Below are positions 53,334 through 64,000 of a DNA stretch of 64,000 bases, piece after piece (position 1 is the first letter of the stretch; each line of letters starts with the position of its first letter). The DNA lies in NCBI GenBank assembly GCA_965644295.1, contig CBFFRP010000151.1, positions 62,001 through 126,000 of the forward strand, read 5' to 3'. The notes under the pieces were generated by a model that made no database searches, had not been told where the DNA came from, and saw only the letters and a list, made by a program, of their open reading frames with translations. Source of the DNA: Paraphysomonas bandaiensis. Taxonomy: Eukaryota; Protista; Chrysophyceae. Made by a program: the position numbers and the translations under genes.

Positions 53334-55559
53334 TTATGACTGTAGCTCACTCATAACTGTATTTACCATATCTATTAGTCCCTTCACGCCTGTGTTAGGA
53401 CGTGGGATACCACGTACAAGGACATTATCAGGACCACCCCCTCTCGCGGCTATGTCCTTGGCACCTTTATTGAGGCCGTCCAACACCTCCTCAATCTGGC
53501 GCAATGTGGTTTCACGTGATTCTTTCGTTGCCACTCTAGCGGCAGTCGTTTTCCTACGGGAGGCCTGTACAGCCATGGTTTCTTTGAACCCACTTGGTGA
53601 TTGAGGCTTTCTTTGCCTTGCTGAGGGCTGCTGTCCATGTGATTCATCGCGGCGGGCTGTGTTACGTGCGGAACCTTTCGCACTCCCACGACCATTTCGG
53701 TCATTTTCAGCAGCAGATGATGGACGTGTTGGAGCCTTCTTCTCTGCTTCTCTGGGCGGACATGCCAAACTCCCGTCAGTGGTGCGGCGAGGCATTTGTC
53801 GCCTCTCCGAAGCTACAGTAGGCTGGACATGATGCATTGGAGGGAAAAGGCTGCTGGACGGCACTTCGTCATGATTAGTAAGAGGATGCTGAATAGCATA
53901 TCGCAGAGATCGGATAGCAGTATTCATTGCTAGTGGATAAGTTGTGAGCGTGCTTGCCTCAGTCATAGACCGACTAAATAATTCTTGAGGCACATTTTGT
54001 TGCTCAACACTAGGCAGTTTTTCACCCCGCATTTTTCGTTTTAGTTTATCGAGATCAGAGGTATCGTTCAAATTCATATCTGCCGCAACTTCAGCCATAA
54101 CACTATCAGCAACCGCATTTTCACGGGTTGCCTTTTTATGGGCCGTCTCACTATTCATTCCAGTCAAAAATGTAGTTGAATCGAAGTCCAATTCTTTGAG
54201 CGAAAGAGCTTCCGTGGGAGTAGTCAAATTGTGTTTACGAGCGATGTCCACAGCTTGTGAAAATAAAGTTTTCTTGCCTTCCTCTTTAAACTCCCTTGCA
54301 GTTTTCTTAAGAGTCTCCATCTCGTTGTCTACTTGTACGATTGAAAAGTCTTTGTATGTCGCATGTCGACCTACAGCCAGACCCCCACGGCGAAGAACTC
54401 TCTTTCTAGGCGCCTCTGTGATAATGTCTAACGGGCGAAGGGTGTATCCATCTCTTGCAGCAATAGCGGCTTCAATGAGCTCTTCCACATATATCCCTAT
54501 ATATATGTTAGGGACAACCGAGATATTCACCAATGCGATCATTCACATTCATGTACATGAAATACCAATACGAAGTATACACTAAACAGTATGTATTTAC
54601 CAGAGGGATCTTCTCCAGTCGCTCCTAATACAGGATTGCCATATATCATAAGAGAGAGTAATCGGGGTAGGTCAATACACGGTTCTAGGGCGCTCTCAGT
54701 ACCAATGTAGTTCGATGCCAAGTCAAGAGTATCAAGAACACTACACACAATATAAAAACATTTAGTTATTGAAACCAGAATAAAAGCATGTACATATTTA
54801 AAGATAGGTCACAACTTACCGAAATTTTCCTTCTATACAAGTTTCAGGAGGAATGCATGATATTAAATTGTACGCAAGACTCAATTCTCTTAGCTTTGGC
54901 ATATCACACAAATCAAAGAATATATTATTGTCTGATATTTTATTATGCTCAAGGAGAAGACGCTCTAAACATTGGAACTTGTACATTGCAGGTGGAAGGC
55001 GATTTAACTCATTTCCGCTTAGATCGAGATCTCTTAAGTTTTTGATAGCATCCAGTGACTGAACAGAGTCCGCAGTAAGTTTGTTATAGCTAATATCCAA
55101 GTACTGCAAACGGGGAAAGCCATTTATATTTTCAATATCAGATATACAATTACAAACTATGCGTAATTCAGTCAGTCGTGGAAGCTGTTCGAAACATCTG
55201 AGGTCAAAACGATTATCTGATACATCAAGATACAAAAGACCACTAAAAAAAAGTAAATCTTCCACCACAACAGAGTTATATCCTTGTTCAGTAACAACTG
55301 CTCGACGACTATCTTCAGGGAAACCTAATCCTGTAGCCTCTAATAGAGCAAATCCATCTAATACACGATTCACTACCGTCTCCTTTTTAATTACACTGTT
55401 ATTTATATATACTGGATGATGTTTTTTATGTTGTTTTTTCTTTTCTGGTATAGAAACTTCAATAGGGGATATAGTATGACCTTTTAAGCTTTGTATATCA
55501 TGTCCTGTATGAAGTAAATGCATAGCTTGTGATGTATGACTTGTATGAGCCTTTTTCAT
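53334..55559 (-). CDS. Leucine-rich-repeat protein, XRRA1-like; multi-exon
   Basis: LYLDVSDN, LQYLDISYN, LRDLDLSGN, LRELSLAYN, LMIYGNP; LDGFALLEA N-terminal block. Confidence 0.8.
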
Positions 55560-55774
55560 TATGTTATTAATGAATTAATGTTGTAACATAAGAGAAATGA
55601 GTGTGATTGATAAGATAGTATGATGGAAAGGTGTATAGGAGGTTAATATTATGCAGATTGCCAGTGAGGGAGATGATAGCAAGTGTATATAGAGGTGGGT
55701 GTGTATATACACGACAGCGATATGTATGTATAGACACCCTAACTGAAACGGCCTACAATACACAGCAACCATAT

Positions 55775-56070
55775 ACCTACATACATGTACCTATCTACTA
55801 TACATGTACCTATCTACAATACATGTACCTACAGTACCTACTCTACATGTACCTATCTACGAATATATGCAATATGTACCTATCTACGAATATATGCAAT
55901 ATGTACCTACCTACAATACATGTACAATACATGTGCCTACCTACTATATATGTACCTACACATCGATTTTATTGATTACTTCATTGAAAAATCATCGTTT
56001 TCAGTGAAAAAAAGCGACTTTTTAATGAAAAAACGATGACTTTTCTGAACAAATTGATAAAATCGATGTA
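55775..56070. repeat. Degenerate tacatgtaccta tandem repeats followed by ~110-bp imperfect palindrome (55961-56069)
   Basis: catcgattttattga...aaaatcatcgtttt / aaaacgatgactttt...ttgataaaatcgatg. Confidence 0.8.
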
Positions 56071-56739
56071 CACAACCACCCCCATTGTGTGTATATATGC
56101 TCTATATATAGCGTGTGTACTGCTGTACTGTGCGACCAAACTAAAAAATTCCGATTTTGTCAATGATGTAGGTATATTCATACAATATATTCATATGAAA
56201 TCCAAAACATGGAACAAAAAATACGGATTTTCAACAACTATCAAGAGGTCATGTGTCCATAAGTACAGTGAGCAGGAGTATATACAAAGTACTCATACTA
56301 CACATGTACTATCCTACCCAATCATAAGTACCTCTCCACAATATAGTGAAGTACCTTCCTTGTTATCTTTACTATGCCTACAAGAGATACAGAAAGTGTG
56401 GCATTTACATACAACAGTGTCCCCACAAGATATCAAAGTGACTACAAGTATCACCTACTAGTGTCTCTATAAGATATTCTATCACATAATGTTCTTTGAA
56501 ATGTCCTGGAATTGGCTTGTGTAACTCCACATTATGACCATAATATACACACACATCAGCATAAGCATCTTATCACATACACTACCATCAATCATATCTC
56601 ATCATATCCATCATATCTCATCATATCCATCATATCTCAGTTAGATCTTATAACAGACTCTACATTATTGCAAAGATAAGTCTAGATCGTTATTATTATC
56701 ATGTCAAATATGGCGAGATCTTCATATGAGAGTGTTATG

Positions 56740-56890
56740 GAGTGTATTGAGAGTGTTACTCATGACTGTATTGGGAGTGCTAATGACTGTATTGAGAGTG
56801 TTACTCATGACTGTATTGGGAGTGCCAATGACTGTATTGAGAGTGTTACTCATGACTGTATTGGGAGTGCCAATGACTGTACTGAGAGTG
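56740..56890. repeat. 45-bp tandem repeat x~3
   Basis: tgtattgagagtgttactcatgactgtattgggagtgccaatgac. Confidence 0.9.
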
Positions 56891-57485
56891 ATAATGAGGA
56901 CATGTAATGTATATGTATACAGTGATGCACTGTATATGTATATACTGTCATAATATTAGCCTACAGGTCATATGGTGGTATATCTCAAGCGAGCATTACA
57001 TCATCTCAATGGGGACATTTCGATACTGAAGATCTCAGTTTCAACTCTTTTACATGTTTTGAACCGACCGGTCATACTTGTAACAGTGATCCAATGACCT
57101 CTCAATCTCAAACATCATCATTATTATCATCATCATCACAGAGTACCTCATTAAATATGAGTCATACTTGTATCAGTGATCCAGTGATCTCTCAATCTCA
57201 ATCATCATCACAGAGTACCTCATTAACTATGGCTCTTACACCTACAGTAAATGGCATAATAAAAGCGTATATTGGATCGACGCTTTGTATGAAACTTCCG
57301 GATTTATGGTAGTATTTTATTTTTAGTGCTTTTGAATGATATAATAATTAACTGTAGGAACGTGCCTCACAGATCGAGTATTTCATTGCATACGAAACAG
57401 GACAATAAGAGAGTTGATATGGTATGTTTTAAGAAGATTCTCACTGTGATTTGTTAATCATCTTCTTAATTAGGAAGTTACTGCC

Positions 57486-58292
57486 GTGGGATATTTGGAT
57501 AAAAGTGTTGGAATTTGCCTTCGCATATTTAATTCGGAGAACAATAAGTCCTTGCTTGGAAAAGAATTATCTCTATCAGTCCCGACTTTAACTATCAATT
57601 GTTGTTGTCGTCTAATGGACTGGAGAGTTGTTATTCGTAACTTGAAAGAAACTGAAACAACACAGTACGTTAAAAACCCCGCACCTAATAATTATAAGGA
57701 AATTAGATTCAGTATTGAAGATACTGATGGTGCAACTGTTGAGAATATCGACGACGATGCTAGTATTGAGCTAATGTTATTGTTGGACAACTCAGATGGA
57801 TTAAATCCTGTTCTAAAACACGGCAAAGCTGTCGAGGTGGCACTTTTTGACGAGGAGTATAATCGCATTCCAAAACCAAAATCTGGAGAGTTCTTGCTGA
57901 AAAACTTTAAAAGTGGCAGTGATGGTTATATTGTGAAACAGAAGATACCTGAGGGGGTTCTGAGTAAAAATTATTCTAAAAGTAAGTTTACAACTCGGAT
58001 CAAAGTGATGGCAGGGAATAAAGAAGTAACTTCTGATTCTGGTTCTTACATGGTTAAGGTGAGAAGTGAACCTTCGGACACTAAAAGTAAGACGAAGAGG
58101 AAGATATGTCAGTTGACGAAGACGATTACACGCGAAATTTATAAGGTACCTGATATCGATAATCCGGAGACACTGGGCCGGTTTTCGGATTTTATTTTCA
58201 AAGCTATTAGCTATTTTCTGCTATCTGGCGGAAAGCATGTTTGGGACTTTGAAGGTGAGGACAAACCATCTAAGTCGAGGAAGTTGGTGTAA
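57486..58292 (+). CDS. Uncharacterised ORF, likely last exon of a gene starting ~56701
   Basis: 268-codon open frame with protein-like composition; upstream short exons flanked by GT/AG; no recognised motif. Confidence 0.45.
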   Translation: MGYLDKSVGICLRIFNSENNKSLLGKELSLSVPTLTINCCCRLMDWRVVIRNLKETETTQYVKNPAPNNYKEIRFSIEDTDGATVENIDDDASIELMLLLDNSDGLNPVLKHGKAVEVALFDEEYNRIPKPKSGEFLLKNFKSGSDGYIVKQKIPEGVLSKNYSKSKFTTRIKVMAGNKEVTSDSGSYMVKVRSEPSDTKSKTKRKICQLTKTITREIYKVPDIDNPETLGRFSDFIFKAISYFLLSGGKHVWDFEGEDKPSKSRKLV

Positions 58293-58784
58293 CAGATTGT
58301 GAAGATATATAAATCTTACATTGGTAAGTTTAGAAGATATCGCGATGTATATATAATGTTACTGTATGACAGTGTCAACACGGTTGAAATTGCTAATTAC
58401 TATAAAATCTTAAACTTTAGTTTGTTAAATATATTACTCTAAATTGCACAGGAATTATGTTAGAAGAGATATAGTATAATTCTGAGATTCTGAGCGATGT
58501 TGTAACACTGTGTTTGTGGTACATCAATAGCTGGCATCAGTCAACAGCAGATTACATGCTAATTAGTTGTAATTGTAAGACAAATGTACGAAATATTCAA
58601 CTACCAACATCACCATCTCCCTTATTCACTATAGCGTATACATGTAAAGATGGTAGAAGTTCAACAAATTCCTGAACAAAGAGTTTATTGGGCCCAGTAA
58701 TATTTGCAAATCCATGGTTCTTCGAAGCACGGGTTTATAGTATGCTGAGTTCCCTGGGATATAAGATATAATCAATCCCTAGCC

Positions 58785-59105
58785 TGTCAAGTTATGACAC
58801 AATTGGATGATTTACTATGTTAACTGGACGTGTATTCACTCATTATTATTAAAATTATAATAATCAATATCTCTTCTCATTCATCAATTTCATGTATATC
58901 TCTACAACCAATCGTTTCTCGTACGATCTTACATCGTCACTATCTTGTATGATCAATATATTATATTCAGTTTCATTACTACAGTAGCTATCATGTTGTT
59001 AGTTCTCATAATACTGTTAACCACTATTGTATACTTCGACTAACGGTCATAAATCCAATACCTTAGAATGACAGCTTTTCATTGCTCAAACAGCAAAACT
59101 CAACA
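58785..59105 (-). mobile_element. Older, longer solo LTR of the same family (321 bp)
   Basis: TGTCAAGTTATGACAC...GCAAAACTCAACA; flanks tagcc/aagtc only partly match. Confidence 0.88.
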
Positions 59106-59714
59106 AAGTCCTCATTATTTGTGTTGATTTCTGCAGTATGCTACGATATGTATTGTACAATTGAAATGAGTTAATAGTGTGCAATAGGTAAATTACCAGT
59201 AATAATAGATGCAGAATCAACTGCAGCAGTGTCTACCCACTCCTTATAGTGGGTTCCTCAATATAACTCCACCTCGGAATACTGTCTTTTTTTACTGGAG
59301 GAGATATGAGGCTTCTCTTGGTGGGCTACACTCAATATTAGGTACATTACACAAACAAGCATATATACAAAAGTATTTGGGGTGTGCTTTCATAAACAAG
59401 TTGATATCATTGAAGGCATGAACAGTCCCACATATCCTAATGACAGTCACAATATTGTCATCAGGAGAATTGCTCATAGAGTGGTTATTATCATCATCAT
59501 CATCATCAGATGATGCCACATACACTGCAGCTTCATTTATGTATATGTCTATATTATAATATCAGAATGATTGATTGCGTAGAAAGGGTTGCTACTACGG
59601 AAGCTTAGTGTTATAAAGGCATTTCATGTAAGCATTTATTTAACCTGCCCGTAAGTAGCTATAAACTCCAGTGGGTTTCATATAGAGCATCTATAATCAT
59701 ATAATTGTATATTT

Positions 59715-59818
59715 TTGAGGCAACAATTCTATGTATTCCAGCCGTAGTTGTACTTCAGCTATATAGAGTATACTTGCTTCAATTTATTCCCGACAAAATA
59801 AGATGCTGACGCCGATAC
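59715..59818 (+). mobile_element. MITE-like family B copy (5'-truncated) abutting a TACA array
   Basis: ...aagatgctgacgccgatacgg tgtacatacatac. Confidence 0.82.
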
Positions 59819-59822
59819 GGTG

Positions 59823-60678
59823 TACATACATACATACATACATACATACATACATACATACATACATACATACATACATACATACATACATACATACATA
59901 CATACATACATACATACATACATACATACATACATACATACATACATACATACATACATACATACATACATACATACATACATACATACATACATACATA
60001 CATACATACATACATACATACATACATACATACATACATACATACATACATACATACATACATACATACATACATACATACATACATACATACATACATA
60101 CATACATACATACATACATACATACATACATACATACATACATACATACATACATACATACATACATACATACATACATACATACATACATACATACATA
60201 CATACATACATACATACATACATACATACATACATACATACATACATACATACATACATACATACATACATACATACATACATACATACATACATACATA
60301 CATACATACATACATACATACATACATACATACATACATACATACATACATACATACATACATACATACATACATACATGCATACATACATACATACATA
60401 CATACATACATACATACATACATACATACATACATACATACATACATACATACATACATACATACATACATACATACATACATACATACATACATACATA
60501 CATACATACATACATACATACCTACATACAGACATACCTACATACAGACATACATACATACATACATACATACATACATACATACATACATACATACATA
60601 CATACATACATACATACATACATACATACATACATACATACATACATACATACATACATACATACATACATACATACA
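59823..60678. repeat. (TACA)n microsatellite array, ~855 bp, upstream of NSA2
   Basis: Direct. Confidence 0.99.
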
Positions 60679-61050
60679 CTCCACCCACTCATTCTTCTAC
60701 ACAGCAACCATTTCCCCCTGTACACATATTCTTCCTCCTAATGATTGGTGAGGGATCTCTTATCATTCTAATGGACATACACATCTATACTATGAGAAAT
60801 TCCTCTACTCTCCTACATACACATACATACATACATACATACACATACATACATATACATACATACATACCACTCCTCTCCATATCACTCTCTCTATAGG
60901 AACATTATCATATTAACAAGGCAATTTATCGTACATCTTGTAGATATTAAATAAACTAATTCATAAAACTTTGTGAATATATCTGTGGATTTGTGTTACA
61001 TCTCTTCGTTTGATTCTTCATAGATTTATCTTATTAACAGTTAATTAAAG

Positions 61051-62030
61051 ATGGTATGTATATATAGAGAGATACATAGAGATAGTGATCTAATTGTATT
61101 ATATAGCCACAACATGAACATATGGAGCGGCATAAAAAGCTGCATGGTGTCCGTATGGACCAAATGGAGAGAGAGTAAGTGTATATATATTGTATAGTAT
61201 GGTGAAGTGTATGTATGACAATGGAGCTCATATGTTTTATGTATATAGCCGTAAAAGGGAGGCCAGACGTGCTCATAAAATCTCTCAGTTTGCTCAGAAG
61301 TCATTTGGTCTTCGTGCTAAATTGTTTAATCAAAAGCGTTTCAAGGAGAAGGCTGCAATGAAGAAGACCCTTGCTCTTCACCAGCAGGGAAGCAACAAGC
61401 ATGCTAACGATGAGAAGATGACAGACGGTATGTGTCCATCCCTTCTATTATATCCATCTTTCTGCTATACTGAATTTGTATAATACTTTCCCCTCAGGAG
61501 CTGTTCCTGCTTATCTTTTGGATCGTGAGGAGGTTTCCCGGGCCAAGGTTCTGTCTAACACGGTCAAGCAGAAGAGAAAAGAAAAGGCTGGAAAGTGGAC
61601 AGTCCCCATACCTAAGGTCAAGCCAGTAGCGGATGATGAAATGTTCCGTCAATTCAAATCCGGAAAACGCCAAAAGAAGAACTGGAAGCGTATGATCACA
61701 AAGGTTACATTCGTGGGTGATGCCTACACCCGTAAAGCTCCAAAATACGAGAGATTTATCCGCCCGACTGGTCTTCGGTTTAAGAAAGCCCATGTTACAC
61801 ATCCTGAACTTAAAACAACCTTCTGTTTGGATATCCTGGGGGTTAAAAAGAACCCATCCTCCTCATTATATACTAACCTCGGTGTGATCACCAAAGGTAC
61901 TATTGTTGAGGTCAATGTGAGTGAGTTGGGTCTGGTTACACAGTCTGGCAAGGTTGTATGGGGGAAATATGCACAAGTTACCAACCACCCTGAGATGGAC
62001 GGATGCATTAATGCGGTGTTGTTGGTGTAA
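61051..62030 (+). CDS. NSA2: Ribosome biogenesis protein NSA2; four coding exons
   Basis: M|[48 protein letters not shown], ends GCINAVLLV*. Confidence 0.97.
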
Positions 62031-62795
62031 GAGGAAACCTTAGTCTAGATACTCGATGTACGGAAATAGTTTCTAATAATTATATTTATGCCTTGAAACA
62101 AGTTCTGGGTAGTTATGCATTTTTAGCAAGCTTGCAATTTTAGTATAATGGAATAAAATAGCACTGTACTACGCATGCTCTTATCGCTTGCCCATCCCTA
62201 TAACTATAGCAGACTGGGGTCGAATTCCTGCGATATCAGTGGAGCATGGAAATTAATTTGTTTACCTTCTGTCTACTCGTGTACTCTACTCTGGTTGAAA
62301 ATTATTTTATCGGTGGCCAAACTCGGTATCCATAGGCTCTGCAACGTACCTATCGGAACTTCGTGCATACCTCATAGCTTATAGCCTAATAGGTAGTCCT
62401 ATCAACATTACATATAGGTAAATGCCGATCACTCACAGTTGTAGCTCATAGGTACCATCACACACCCATAGGCCATAGGTGATAATATGAGTATTTATAG
62501 CTCATGTAAAGTGATTCCGTACATTTGGTAGAGTTGATACAGGTAAGTGATTCTTTTCCTCAGAGTCAATGCTACATGTGGTGATATATATTTCTAACAT
62601 ATAAATGATGCTATATATAGTGATGTTTACTTCCAATACGCCGAAATGAAATATCTTCCCACCCCCGCAGCGATCGACTACATTTGAACGTAAAGTCAAT
62701 AGAAAAGTGCTCCTTATTATCAAAATAAACGCAATAAAACGCATAATCATTATAAACAATTGCAAAGTTATATGTACCACTTTCCCACTCATTGT

Positions 62796-63098
62796 CTATA
62801 GATCATCATCATCATCGTCGTCGTCATCATCATCATCATACGGACTCTTATACTTAAGTTCTTTACATACTTTCCATACAGGATGCCACATACAATTAGA
62901 TGCTTTATATCTAAATGGAGAAACAGTTTCAAGAAATTCACCTGCAAAATCACGTCTGTATACTACAGTAGCTACCAGTGTAGCTAATAAAGCATATCCA
63001 GTAAGATCTACAACAAAATCTATAGTCAAAACTTTAGACATTCCTTTTTTAAAATGTTTTCTTAATAATCTGATATCTCTACCAAATGATGGATACAT
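62796..63098 (-). CDS. Orphan ORF ending in poly-Asp; coding-like sequence seems to continue in another frame
   Basis: 100-aa ORF preceded by TATG-rich repeats like other genes; downstream frame reads SIDNEWESGTYNFAIVYNDYAFYCVYFDNKEHF. Confidence 0.4.
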   Translation of the reverse strand: MYPSFGRDIRLLRKHFKKGMSKVLTIDFVVDLTGYALLATLVATVVYRRDFAGEFLETVSPFRYKASNCMWHPVWKVCKELKYKSPYDDDDDDDDDDDDL

Positions 63099-63529
63099 TA
63101 TTTCAATGATTAGTTTTAATTATATGTATATAATTCTTTGAATGATAGTTTAATATGTATGTATATATATATATGTATGTATATATATATGTATGTATGT
63201 GTGTATGTATGTGTATTCATAGTATAGTGCTGCTACTGCTGCTGTAAGCCACACATAAACTACTACGACAGGACGTACAGTATAGACATATACATATACA
63301 TGTATACCAGTATATATTCAGAGTATTTCCAAAATCCGAAATATGATGCAGAGAAAATCAGAGAATTTGAATATTTATAGTTAGATTATTATAGAATTTT
63401 GATATTTATGGTCATAAAAAACATGTTTTTGATGTCTTTAGCTAGAAAGTTGTATTTTTTTCCTAGAAATTTATGCGACTTTCAGAAGAAGGGGAAAGGA
63501 ACCCTCTATTTTTAACAAACAAAGTTTAA

Positions 63530-63980
63530 AATCTCCCCTTTTTTATGTTTTATGGTGTATAATTCTGTGATATTTATGATATTTCAGATATCGCCCACAT
63601 ATACAGAGTACATACTGTATAGTATGTGATAATCTCCCCTTTTTGATATTTTTATGTTGTAAATATTGGGATATTTATGATATACAGTATATATCTGTTG
63701 ATCTCCCCTTTTTGATATGTATACGTTGTAAATATTAGGATATTTATGATATCGCCCATATACATTATAATCTCCCCGTTTTGATATTTATACATAGAAC
63801 TGGAGGATCATACTGCTGTTTTTCAAGGGGATTATCTGAAATATCATAAATATCCCAATATTTACATCATGAAAATCTCAAAAGGGGTATATACAGTTAA
63901 TGGGGGGGATATATATCCCAATATTTACACAATGAAAATATCAAAAAGGAGTATCCTGTATATATGGGCGATATCTGAGT
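63530..63980. repeat. Foldback-like array: direct units (atctccccttttt...gatatttatgatat) followed by inverted units
   Basis: tgtaaatattgggatatttatgatat (~63658) vs atatcataaatatcccaatatttaca (~63841). Confidence 0.8.
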
Positions 63981-64000
63981 GTTCTATATATAATATACAC

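Noticed and set aside
59823-60678. TACA arrays as telomeric repeats
   Set aside because: Internal, gene-flanked, no G-rich strand typical of telomeres

Overview
Intron-rich (short GT-AG introns) eukaryotic genomic window, probably a stramenopile/protist (inference from gene and TE types). Host genes are mostly arranged in divergent/convergent pairs: 3' end of a large EF-hand/LamG-like protein, coiled-coil+GOLD protein, GH31 alpha-glucosidase, RS-rich protein, aquaglyceroporin, cGMP-dependent-kinase-like protein, exportin-like protein, ATP-grasp protein, YccV+TPR protein, LRR protein, NSA2 and two orphans. Between them is a structured repeat landscape: (i) Copia and Gypsy relics each folded into an inverted duplication (up to 1.07 kb arms); (ii) a 2.26-kb element with 18-bp terminal inverted repeats and a decayed Crypton-like tyrosine-recombinase ORF sitting exactly between two 0.7-0.9 kb (TACA)n arrays; (iii) a non-autonomous Copia-derived LTR element (269-bp LTRs, TSD, PBS, PPT) inserted in a PIF/Harbinger-type transposase, plus solo LTRs; (iv) a ~150-bp MITE-like repeat found only near gene 5' ends and a different hairpin repeat found only near gene 3' ends. 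Almost every gene has an AT/ApT-rich 5' end preceded by ApT-rich simple repeats. Family assignments are by motif recognition only; no searches were run and internal exon boundaries are partly approximate.
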